From the NCBI RefSeq assembly GCF_000253055.1, contig NC_016070.1:510001-542000 (forward strand): a DNA stretch of 32,000 nucleotides, read 5' to 3'. Origin of the DNA: Thermoproteus tenax Kra 1. GTDB lineage: Archaea > Thermoproteota > Thermoprotei > Thermoproteales > Thermoproteaceae. Made by a program: the position numbers and the translations under genes. Under the pieces are notes generated by a model, which saw only the letters and a program-made list of their open reading frames with translations, was not told the DNA's origin and ran no database searches. This document shows, piece after piece, positions 9,395-16,995 of the stretch; position 1 is the first letter of the stretch, and each line of letters starts with the position of its first letter.

Positions 9395-9723
9395 TGGCTG
9401 AGGACAGCAACGACGAGGAGCTGGAGAGACTCCGCGAGAAGAAGTTGAGGGAGCTCCAGGAGCAGGCGGAGGCGCGAAGACGCGCCGAGGAGCTGGCCGC
9501 CCAGAGGAGGTTGGCCCTCAAGCGCATCCTCACTCCCGAGGCGATGGCCCGGCTGGACAACCTCAGAATTGTCAGACCGGAGCTCGTGGAGGCGTTGGAG
9601 CAACAACTGTTGGCGCTCGCCTCTAGCGGGAGAGTAAAGTTGCCGATTACCGACGAGGATCTCAAACAGATCTTGGCCCAGATCTATGAGAAGAGCCGGA
9701 GGGAGTACAGATTTAGGTTTTAG
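9394..9723 (+). CDS. PDCD5/TFAR19-like double-stranded DNA-binding protein
   Basis: 109 aa with a charged coiled N-terminus followed by [28 protein letters not shown]. It shares a TAATG overlap with rps19e and occupies the conserved position between rps19e and rpl39e. Confidence 0.8.
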   Translation: MAEDSNDEELERLREKKLRELQEQAEARRRAEELAAQRRLALKRILTPEAMARLDNLRIVRPELVEALEQQLLALASSGRVKLPITDEDLKQILAQIYEKSRREYRFRF

Positions 9724-9780
9724 CCCCAGTTCCCCTTATGTGCCGCCGGAACGCTTAAATAATAACCAATATAGCCGCCC

Positions 9781-9936
9781 ATGGCCAGAAACAAGGCGTT
9801 AGGGAGGAAGCTGAGGCTTGCGTCTGCGTTGAAGTCCAATAGAGACCCGCCGGTCTGGGTCAGAGTCAAGACTAAGAATAGAGTGACGCGATCTCCTGCG
9901 AGGAGGAATTGGCGTAGGGTCAAGTTGAAGGCTTAA
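9781..9936 (+). CDS. rpl39e: 50S ribosomal protein L39e (eL39)
   Basis: Not in the ORF track because it is only 51 aa. My translation is [56 protein letters not shown]-like cttaaataataa lies at 9754-9765. The position between the PDCD5-like gene and rpl31e is as expected. Confidence 0.85.
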   Translation: MARNKALGRKLRLASALKSNRDPPVWVRVKTKNRVTRSPARRNWRRVKLKA

Positions 9937-9959
9937 AAACGCGGTCTTTGAGAGCCACC

Positions 9960-10235
9960 ATGGCCGAAGAGGTCAAAGTCTTGGCCACAAGGGAGTACAG
10001 AATAAGTCTCAGAAGGGCCTACTACGCCGCCCGTACGCGCAGGGCGAGGAGGGCAGTGGCGTTAATCAGAGAGTTTGTATCGAGGCATATCAAGGTGGAC
10101 CCAAAGAGTGTAAAGCTTGATCCGGCCCTCAACGAGTTCGTCTGGTCGAGGAGCCGGGAGAAGCCGCCTAGATACGTCGACGTAGTTGTGGAGAAGCGTA
10201 GCGACGGCACCGCTCTAGTCAAGCTCAAGCAGTAA
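9960..10235 (+). CDS. rpl31e: 50S ribosomal protein L31e (eL31)
   Basis: [23 protein letters not shown]...[17 protein letters not shown], typical of L31e. ATG 9960 is preferred over the track's TTG 9948. Confidence 0.85.
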   Translation: MAEEVKVLATREYRISLRRAYYAARTRRARRAVALIREFVSRHIKVDPKSVKLDPALNEFVWSRSREKPPRYVDVVVEKRSDGTALVKLKQ

Positions 10236-10585
10236 TGGATCCAATAAAGGCGCTACGGTACCGGTTCACTAGGTATTGTGTAAATAGGGCCTACGTCAAC
10301 ATAGACCTATCAAACAAGTCGGCTGAGTTCATCAACTTCCTTGACGACCTAGTGGAGGACATCAGGGATTTGGAGAAGGTCCTAGAGGAGGATCCCTCCA
10401 AGATCGACGAAATATTCACAGTCACCCTGTTGGAAAAGTTCAATGAGCTCAAAGAGAGGGATAGAGAGGTCGCCAAAGCTTTCTTCAGCAATATTCTGAG
10501 AAACTGCCTAGATCTTGAGGAAGTAGCCGAGAGCCCTCTGGGAAGAACCATATACGAGCTCTTGGCCAAGATCGAGCAAAGTTGA
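10235..10585 (+). CDS. hypothetical acidic helical protein (116 aa)
   Basis: The ATG overlaps the rpl31e stop (TAATG at 10233-10237). GC is about 50%, below the background. No motif recognised. Confidence 0.5.
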   Translation: MDPIKALRYRFTRYCVNRAYVNIDLSNKSAEFINFLDDLVEDIRDLEKVLEEDPSKIDEIFTVTLLEKFNELKERDREVAKAFFSNILRNCLDLEEVAESPLGRTIYELLAKIEQS

Positions 10586-10605
10586 TTTTAAAGATGAGAC
10601 TGTAA

Positions 10606-11826
10606 GTGCGGACGCTGTTGCAGGCTCCCCCAGGTTTCGGCAAAACTCGAATCCTGGCCCGCCTTGCCGTTAGGACTGGGGCAAAAACGGTGTTCTTCGT
10701 CCGATCCCATGGGGAGGCTCTACAGGCCCACCGCTATATCTCCGAGCTCGGCGGCCGCGCATCGCTCGCCTTCGGTCGTGCAACCTTGTGTAAATATGGA
10801 GCTAGAACTCTGGGCGACTGTATATCTTTAAGGGAGAGGGGCATCTGTAAAGTAAAATATAAATACATAAATAAAATATTTTATAATTTTGAAGAAATAT
10901 ATAAAGAGAAAATATGTCCATATGAATATTTTCAATCTATAAGTAGACAAGGCAATATTACGATATTGCCAATGTCATATTTAGAGAGCCAAGAGTACTT
11001 GGCTGGGGTGGCCGACTTAATCAGAGAGAGCGAGCTCGTGATAATAGATGAATTTCACAACGTGCTCCTTAATGATCTGACCGCGGAGAGGGATCTGCCA
11101 TCAAGCGCCTACTGTGATTATGGGCTGAAGCGGTGCCTCCTGATGCCGTTTCTAAGGGAGCTGATAGGGGATAGAGATCTCTTTGCGACCACAGCGTCTA
11201 TACCAGAAAAATTTTCAGAGATATTTGTAAATTTCTTTAGTTTAGAATATATAAATAAAGATAATATTTTTTATGAAAATTTAATAATTGATATTTTTCC
11301 AATAAAAATAAGATATAATAATAGAAATAAAAATCAAATTATTAATATAATTTATAAAATAGTTTCAAAAATATTCAATGACTATAAAAAATTAATTATA
11401 TTTATACCTAATAAAAGCCTCTTGAGCTACTATAAGGCCAAGTTCAAGCATCTCCCCGTGTCTGAAGTCCCATTGGGGGATGTTCCCCAAGTGATTTTGA
11501 CCTACTATAACAGCCCTCTTTCCGAGGGCCTTAATATAGATGTGGATTCAGCCGTCCTAATAGGTTTTCCCTTCCCCAATATAACAGATAAATGGCTTAA
11601 AATAAAAATAAATTTTATTGAAAAACTTGGATATAATGGATTTAAATATGTTTATCTTTTCGCTGCTGTCAGCTCCGCAATTCAGGCGATGGGTAGAGCC
11701 ATGCGCGAGCTAGATAGGCGCGTCAAATACATAGCTGCTATCGATGACAGGTTCTGGCACTACCGCAACTATATGCCCGATTGGTTCAAAAGGACGGCCG
11801 TACTGAGGGATGCTCCCAGTTTATGA
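10606..11826 (+). CDS. minimal XPD/Rad3/DinG-family SF2 helicase with a putative Fe-S Cys cluster
   Basis: 406 aa. Motifs seen: Walker A QAPPGFGKT; four Cys (C-x9-C-x8-C-x22-C, ending in CPYEYF) between motifs I and II; motif II IIDEFHN; motif IV-like LIIFIPNKSLL; motif V SPLSEGLNIDVDSAVLIGFPFPN; motif VI QAMGRAMRE. It is much shorter than canonical XPD and contains three AT-rich in-frame patches. Confidence 0.75.
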   Translation: MRTLLQAPPGFGKTRILARLAVRTGAKTVFFVRSHGEALQAHRYISELGGRASLAFGRATLCKYGARTLGDCISLRERGICKVKYKYINKIFYNFEEIYKEKICPYEYFQSISRQGNITILPMSYLESQEYLAGVADLIRESELVIIDEFHNVLLNDLTAERDLPSSAYCDYGLKRCLLMPFLRELIGDRDLFATTASIPEKFSEIFVNFFSLEYINKDNIFYENLIIDIFPIKIRYNNRNKNQIINIIYKIVSKIFNDYKKLIIFIPNKSLLSYYKAKFKHLPVSEVPLGDVPQVILTYYNSPLSEGLNIDVDSAVLIGFPFPNITDKWLKIKINFIEKLGYNGFKYVYLFAAVSSAIQAMGRAMRELDRRVKYIAAIDDRFWHYRNYMPDWFKRTAVLRDAPSL

Positions 11827-11831
11827 CATCG

Positions 11832-11866
11832 CAAACGGCAAGCCTCGCCCTTAAGGGCGAGGGTGA
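11832..11866 (+). repeat. conserved hairpin element, copy e
   Basis: caaacggcaagCCTCGCCCttaaGGGCGAGGgtga: a perfect 8 bp palindromic stem (11843-11850 / 11855-11862). The element begins 6 nt after the helicase stop codon (11824-11826); the stem itself begins 17 nt after it. Confidence 0.8.
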
Positions 11867-11884
11867 ATTTAAGCATCTATATTT
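11866..11884 (+). promoter_or_regulatory. TATA-like region upstream of the island operon
   Basis: aatttaagcatctatattttt lies between hairpin copy e and ATG 11888. It is the only AT-rich stretch before the GC-rich block. Confidence 0.4.
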
Positions 11885-11887
11885 TTC

Positions 11888-12313
11888 ATGGCGGAGCTAG
11901 TGAAGACAGCGAGAGGGGGGAGCAGGGGCGAGCCCCAACGAGGGGCGGCCCAGCGGTGGATGGGGCGGCCCAGACTAAGGGCGTCCTGGAGGACGGGGGA
12001 GGGGCGCTGCGGATATACGGCGATCGGAGGGCCCGCCGGGATGCTCCGGGAGGCCGCGCCGGAGGTCTACGCGGGCTATCCCAAATGCGCGGCGTATGAG
12101 GGGCTGAGCGAGTACAGAGCCGACGTCTGGGGCCGCCGAAGGCCTCTGCAGAGGCCTGGGGAGGCGCTGGCCGGGCGCTGGATAGGGCTGTACGTCGAGG
12201 GCGGATGCAGCACGTCCACGCCGAGAGGGATAGAGGCGTGCCGCCCGGCGTCGGGCGGGTCAACCACGAGGGGGGACAACGGGCGAGGTCGCAACGGTGC
12301 GGATCCCGCATGA
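11888..12313 (+). CDS. GC-rich (about 75%) ORF encoding a Gly/Arg-rich 141 aa product; coding status uncertain
   Basis: This frame shows codon-like periodicity (G-rich first position, G/C third position). Its stop overlaps the ATPase start as ATGA (12310-12313). However, other frames on both strands also carry long ORFs here because stop codons are rare at this GC, and the product is R/G/P-rich. Confidence 0.35.
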   Translation: MAELVKTARGGSRGEPQRGAAQRWMGRPRLRASWRTGEGRCGYTAIGGPAGMLREAAPEVYAGYPKCAAYEGLSEYRADVWGRRRPLQRPGEALAGRWIGLYVEGGCSTSTPRGIEACRPASGGSTTRGDNGRGRNGADPA

Positions 12314-13224
12314 GCGGGGATGGGGTCGTAGACCTCTTGCTTCTCCCGCTGGTGCTTCTGTTGATCTTGACACTACTCTGGAGGGAGGGCGAGGTCTTAA
12401 TAGGCATCGGAGGCGCTGGATTACTATATCTGCCTCTAGATAAACATATAACGATAATTGGTCCCACTAGGTCGGGTAAGACGAGGCTCGCGAAAAAGAT
12501 AGCAAAGCGGTCTGGCGCAAAGGTCATAGTACTTGACTGGAATGGGGAGTATGATCTAGGGCTGAGGGTCAAGGCCCAAAACCTAAAAATTAATATAAGT
12601 AAATTAAATAAAAAAATATTGGTAGAGCTAATTGGATTATCTATAAATTTAAATGAACCATCAATTTATTTTATGTATAGAGCAATTAGAGATTACCAGA
12701 TAAAGAGCCCCCGGGACCTTATTAGGGCGTTGGACTCCTATTTGACTACGACGAAGAGCGAGACTGAGATGAAGGCTGCAATACTTAGGCGCTTGGAGTA
12801 CGTCTTCGATATAATTAGTAATGGAAAAATAAATGTAGAGAAAATAGTCAAAAGCCGTAGGAGCTTCACGATCGATCTCTCAGACTTATCCCTTGTGGAG
12901 GAAAAGGTTCTTATATCTTCATTGATTTTAACATACATATATAATTACTTTCGAAAATCAAATATAAGTAAAAAAATAAAATTGATAATCATAATGGAGG
13001 AGTCTCAAAACTTAGTCAATGCGGCAATAATTCGACACCTGTTCGCAGAGATCGCAAAATATGGAGTACGTGTGGTCATGGTATCAAACGTGATACCTCC
13101 CCCTGAGATGATCGTGCATTCAAACGTAGTTATTGTGAAGCCGCATACACTATATGATTTAAAAATAAATAAATCTTCAATAATAATAAATGATAAAATA
13201 TATAGAGTTTATAAATTTTTATGA
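12310..13224 (+). CDS. membrane-anchored HerA/FtsK-like (DUF87-type) P-loop ATPase
   Basis: About 304 aa. It has an N-terminal hydrophobic helix VVDLLLLPLVLLLILTLLW, Walker A IIGPTRSGKT, the HerA-like VIVLDWNGEY segment and Walker B LIIIMEESQN. ATG 12310 is preferred over the track's 12205, which lies in the GC-rich block. Confidence 0.7.
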   Translation: MSGDGVVDLLLLPLVLLLILTLLWREGEVLIGIGGAGLLYLPLDKHITIIGPTRSGKTRLAKKIAKRSGAKVIVLDWNGEYDLGLRVKAQNLKINISKLNKKILVELIGLSINLNEPSIYFMYRAIRDYQIKSPRDLIRALDSYLTTTKSETEMKAAILRRLEYVFDIISNGKINVEKIVKSRRSFTIDLSDLSLVEEKVLISSLILTYIYNYFRKSNISKKIKLIIIMEESQNLVNAAIIRHLFAEIAKYGVRVVMVSNVIPPPEMIVHSNVVIVKPHTLYDLKINKSSIIINDKIYRVYKFL

Positions 13225-13436
13225 TAAAATCAAATTATAAGAAAATATATGAACAAATTATAAAAATACTAGAGGAATTGAACGTAGATATAGAGGAGCT
13301 TTCGCCCTGTGAAATATATCTAAATTATTTAAATTATAAGCTTTCATATATAGAAAGAATTCTTTATAATTTAATGGAAAAAATTAATTTTATTGAAAAT
13401 AGATGTGATAAGAATAGAAAAGAAATATATAAATAG
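13221..13436 (+). CDS. hypothetical small helical protein (71 aa), very AT-rich
   Basis: ATGA overlap with the ATPase stop (13221-13224). The composition is K/N/I/Y/E-rich. Confidence 0.45.
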   Translation: MIKSNYKKIYEQIIKILEELNVDIEELSPCEIYLNYLNYKLSYIERILYNLMEKINFIENRCDKNRKEIYK

Positions 13437-13447
13437 TACTTATATTA

Positions 13448-13819
13448 TTGAGCAATATGGAGGGCTTTCGTACAATTTACAAATACTCTGAGAAACTAGA
13501 CTCCTATGCAATAAAAAGAATCATTATTAAATTTTTGCAAGATCAAACTAAAAATGCAAAGGGAAATCTTATAACATTTAGGCCATCTAAAATCGCCCAA
13601 GATTTAAGCATATACAGCCGAAAGGATGTCCGCGCTAAGACTGTGATGATTAGAGGATTTTTGGACGAGCTAGTCCACCGCGGCTACATTGCCGTCATCA
13701 AAAGGAGCGCTCGGGGCAAGGTGTACGGCCTCTATAGAAGCGGAAAGCTGTGGGACCTCTTAGACAAATACGAGACAGATAAAGTCCTCGAGATCTTGGA
13801 GTCGGAAAAGCTACAATAA
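13448..13819 (+). CDS. putative winged-helix DNA-binding protein
   Basis: 123 aa. The segment FRPSKIAQDLSI...VMIRGFLDELVHRGYIAVIKRSARGKVYGLY resembles helix-turn-helix plus a beta wing. ATG 13457 is an alternative start. Confidence 0.5.
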   Translation: MSNMEGFRTIYKYSEKLDSYAIKRIIIKFLQDQTKNAKGNLITFRPSKIAQDLSIYSRKDVRAKTVMIRGFLDELVHRGYIAVIKRSARGKVYGLYRSGKLWDLLDKYETDKVLEILESEKLQ

Positions 13820-13854
13820 TTGCTTCCAATTTATTCTCAGAAGTTTTTTCTACA

Positions 13855-14832
13855 GTGTCCTACGGCGGCCGAGCGATCGAGGAGAGTCCAACTGAGGATA
13901 AATCTATTATAAATTTATTAAGATCTAAAAAGTTAGATAAAGTCTTAATATTAACAGAACTTCGTAAAATTGTACAGAGAGATAAATATAATGTAGCAAT
14001 TGTTGGGGTCTGGAGCAAGGGGCGTCTTGTCGAGCCCCGCGAGTTCAAGATAAACCCAGTGGTGCTACTATTGCCTTTCATCATCTCGATACCGCCCACG
14101 TTGATACTACATCATTTATACTTCCAGATGATCTCAGGCATCTCTGCAATAATATCTAGTAATATATTTATATTTTTTTATTTAAAAAATAAATGTATAA
14201 TTCCTGATTATATTACAATAATAAAAACAAATTATAACGATTTTGAATTTTTAAGGAAAAACAAAGAGAGGATTTTGGCCGATCCCGAGATCTTGGGCAC
14301 CGAGTTTGAGGTCTACCACTTCAAGCCGAAGAACTTATGCTTAGTCAAAGATAAGGCTGCTAACGCCATGGCCTATGAGTCCCCTATGGGGAGGCTCATC
14401 GTCGTCACCACCGGCCTTGTGGCCAAGCTGGCGCCAGAGGAGTTGGAGGCCGCCCTGAGGCACGAGGAGGGCCACATCAAATATAGACATATGTATAAAC
14501 TCATGGCCTTCCTTATCAGTGAATATATCCTAAGGGTCTATCTGCTGAACCTAGTATATACTAACATCTCATTCTACCTCATCGGGATCCATCTGTTGGG
14601 GGCCTCCCTGCTCTATACCTCCCTCGTCAGGCTCTACGAGTATGAGGCCGATAAATACGCAGCATCTCCACACTTGGCCAGAGCGTTGCTCAAAATAGAT
14701 TGGAACAATATGGTTGATGATGTATTACATCCGATTTACTCAAGGCTCAGATTTCTGGTGAAAACTCACCCTAATACGTTGGATAGAGTAGTGAGGATAT
14801 GGACTTTATCAGAGATCTCGCCAAAGCGTTAG
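13855..14832 (+). CDS. membrane-bound M48-family (HtpX/BlaR1-like) Zn metalloprotease
   Basis: 325 aa. It has HEEGH in ...ELEAALRHEEGHIKYRH, a downstream EYEADKYA (the third-ligand Glu motif of M48) and a C-terminal THPNTLDRVVRI. Hydrophobic TM stretches lie before and between the motifs. GTG start, with an AT-rich aatttattc about 23 nt upstream. Confidence 0.75.
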   Translation: MSYGGRAIEESPTEDKSIINLLRSKKLDKVLILTELRKIVQRDKYNVAIVGVWSKGRLVEPREFKINPVVLLLPFIISIPPTLILHHLYFQMISGISAIISSNIFIFFYLKNKCIIPDYITIIKTNYNDFEFLRKNKERILADPEILGTEFEVYHFKPKNLCLVKDKAANAMAYESPMGRLIVVTTGLVAKLAPEELEAALRHEEGHIKYRHMYKLMAFLISEYILRVYLLNLVYTNISFYLIGIHLLGASLLYTSLVRLYEYEADKYAASPHLARALLKIDWNNMVDDVLHPIYSRLRFLVKTHPNTLDRVVRIWTLSEISPKR

Positions 14833-15167
14833 CCGAACTGGACAGACTCTCAAGGAGGTACGACGATAGAGAGCTGAGCGAGGTGGTGCAACGCGTGATG
14901 GAACAGATGGGCGCGCTCATCGAGATCTTGGGAAGGCTGTCTGGCGTCTACGAGGAAATGGAGATCATAATGAAGGGCCTTCTGCGGTTGGACACGCCTG
15001 TTCTACACGATATCGAGCTTAAGGACGGCGAGGATCTCCCCTCGTTCTTTGAGAGAGCCCGCGGAGCTGGCGCAGATCCAAACAGAGTGCTCGCCTATCT
15101 TTTGGGCATCAATAAGGCGAAGCTATCTGTAGAGGGCCAGAGGGTCGTGATAAGGCTTAGGCGTTAG
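14799..15167 (+). CDS. hypothetical protein (122 aa)
   Basis: ORF with ordinary composition and background GC. It overlaps the protease 3' end by 34 nt. No motif recognised. Confidence 0.5.
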   Translation: MDFIRDLAKALAELDRLSRRYDDRELSEVVQRVMEQMGALIEILGRLSGVYEEMEIIMKGLLRLDTPVLHDIELKDGEDLPSFFERARGAGADPNRVLAYLLGINKAKLSVEGQRVVIRLRR

Positions 15168-15205
15168 TTATAACCGCCTCCGCGCCTTAAAGGGCGATGC
15201 TAGTT

Positions 15206-15250
<45 letters not shown>

Positions 15251-15301
15251 TTTTAAAAGGGGGCCTAAGTCCGCTCCGTGGTATATCCGATAAAGACGTT
15301 G

Positions 15302-15454
15302 ATGGTGGGGCGGTGCCACAGATGCGGGAGGAGGCTCTACCTCTACGAGGATAGATATCTGTGTAAAAAGACTGGCCACCTATTCTGTGAAGTCTGCGCC
15401 AAGAAATATCAATACAGATGTCCTAATGGCGTCGACCAGCTCGAGAGGATCTGA
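15302..15454 (+). CDS. small Cys-rich zinc-finger protein (50 aa)
   Basis: Not in the ORF track. My translation is MVGRCHRCGRRLYLYEDRYLCKKTGHLFCEVCAKKYQYRCPNGVDQLERI, with CxxC...C-x4-H-x2-C-x2-C...C spacing. Confidence 0.45.
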   Translation: MVGRCHRCGRRLYLYEDRYLCKKTGHLFCEVCAKKYQYRCPNGVDQLERI

Positions 15455-15896
15455 AGTCCTCCTCTCTGTGGTCTCTAGCCCCTTCGTTAAATCAGTCTCG
15501 ATTTTCGCCGGCGATAAGGCGTTTCTGACGCAGTACTACAAAGAAACCAAGAGCGTCTATTCGGCCGTAGTTGAAAAGGGCAGAGAGACCCGCATCGACG
15601 ATGAGGAGCTGTTGAGGGCCAGTAGAATTCTAGTGAGGTTGATGGCTATGGTCGGCAAAGCCGTGAAGTCCAGATACTATTCCTTCACGGGAACTCTCGT
15701 TTTGGGCGACGAGCTTGTCTTCAGGCCCTACGTATCGCCCACGTCGACAGCCAGAGTACGTATAAGGGGGCACGATATATTAGTCGATGCCGGCGAGGCG
15801 TTAAGGAAAAAGATAAAGACGAAGACAGATATCGAGGCCGCAGTCAGGAGGATATTGGAGTTGCTCCGTGATGAGACCAGGCTGGACGATAGATGA
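15426..15896 (+). CDS. hypothetical protein (about 156 aa)
   Basis: ORF with ordinary composition. ATG 15426 (MASTSSRG...) is preferred over the track's 15387. No motif recognised. Confidence 0.45.
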   Translation: MASTSSRGSEVLLSVVSSPFVKSVSIFAGDKAFLTQYYKETKSVYSAVVEKGRETRIDDEELLRASRILVRLMAMVGKAVKSRYYSFTGTLVLGDELVFRPYVSPTSTARVRIRGHDILVDAGEALRKKIKTKTDIEAAVRRILELLRDETRLDDR

Positions 15897-15915
15897 GCGC
15901 GGTTAAAAGCGCTGA

Positions 15916-16995
15916 TCAGGGCAACATCGAGCCGTCAGGCACGTCCTCGACTACCTCCCTATTTGGTCCGATGGCTGAGCCGCGGCCTACATAGACTTCG
16001 TCCTTTATATAGACGCCGTCGGCCACAACGGACTCCAGGACGCGGGCCCATCTGCCTATATAGGTCTCCTCTCCAATTATGGACCCGGAGATATAGGCCC
16101 CCGGCTCCACTGTGGCCGCCCTCATTAACACACTGTTTTTCAGCCTGGCGTATCTCCCGACTTTGGCGCCCTGGCCCAACACCACATAGGGGCCCAACGA
16201 GGCGCCCTCCTCCACTATGGAGCCCTCGCCTATGTAGACCGGCGGAGTGATGTCGATGCCCGGCTTGTCGACCTCCTTGCTCCCCCATTTGTCTAGAGCC
16301 GCGTAGTTGGCCTTAAGATAGTCGGCGGGCGTCCCTATGTCGTGCCATATCCCTCTATGTATAAACGCGTATATATCTCCTCGCCTCAAGAGCTCGGGGA
16401 TTATATCCTTCGCTATCTTCACTTCCCCCCGCCTTCTAGGGATGAGTTTGAACACCTCGGGCTCAAAGACGTATATCCCGGCGTTTGCCAATCTGCTACC
16501 GGCCGGCGGCTCCTTAGGCTTCTCGACAAACTCGATCAACCTCATGGAGTCGTCTAATACGGCTATTCCGTACTTGCTGACGCTCTCTGGCGACACCTCT
16601 ACGAGCATCATCGTGGCCACGCCCCCCGCGCGTTTGTGGGCGTCCAGGACGGCGCGATAATCGGCGTCAGTGAAAACGTCGCCGTTGACCACCATCACAG
16701 CTCCCGATATGTTTAAGCTCTCTGCCACGTGGGCCAGAGCCCCTCCGTCGCCCATGGGCCTGCTCTCCTCGACAACGGTGGCGGCCCCGCCCCAACGCCG
16801 CGAGATGTGTTCTCTTATCATGTGCGCCAGATATCTCGCCGATATTACGGCCGGCGCAATGTCCCTCGCCCTCTCCAGTATCCAGTCTATCAACGGTTTG
16901 TCGAGGATTGGGAAAAGCGGTTTGGCCCTCGTGTAGCTCAACGGCCTCAGCCTAGTGGCAAAACCTCCAGCCAACACTACAACTCTGTCGATCAT
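15916..16995 (-). CDS. sugar-1-phosphate nucleotidyltransferase with C-terminal left-handed beta-helix (GlmU/ST0452-like)
   Basis: 359 aa. N-terminal VVLAGGFATRLRPLSYTRAKPLFPI (the GxGTR-type loop) plus C-terminal hexapeptide-repeat-like segments. Confidence 0.85.
   Translation of the reverse strand: MIDRVVVLAGGFATRLRPLSYTRAKPLFPILDKPLIDWILERARDIAPAVISARYLAHMIREHISRRWGGAATVVEESRPMGDGGALAHVAESLNISGAVMVVNGDVFTDADYRAVLDAHKRAGGVATMMLVEVSPESVSKYGIAVLDDSMRLIEFVEKPKEPPAGSRLANAGIYVFEPEVFKLIPRRRGEVKIAKDIIPELLRRGDIYAFIHRGIWHDIGTPADYLKANYAALDKWGSKEVDKPGIDITPPVYIGEGSIVEEGASLGPYVVLGQGAKVGRYARLKNSVLMRAATVEPGAYISGSIIGEETYIGRWARVLESVVADGVYIKDEVYVGRGSAIGPNREVVEDVPDGSMLP

Noticed and set aside
9720-9923. Track ORF of 67 aa on the minus strand.
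   Set aside because: It lies antisense to a clear rpl39e gene (9781..9936), which was missed by the track only because it is shorter than the cutoff.
11886-12310. Possibility that the GC-rich block is RNase P RNA or SRP (7S) RNA.
   Set aside because: I looked for the universal RNase P CR-I type GAGGAAAGUCC motif and for the SRP helix-8 GGAA-tetraloop/AGCA context on both strands and found neither. The identity is left open rather than called.
11863-12572. ORFs 11863..12099 (+) and 11886..12572 (-) in the GC-rich block.
   Set aside because: At about 75% GC, stop codons are rare in every frame. Neither ORF has coupling to neighbours, and the minus-strand ORF runs antisense into the ATPase Walker A region.
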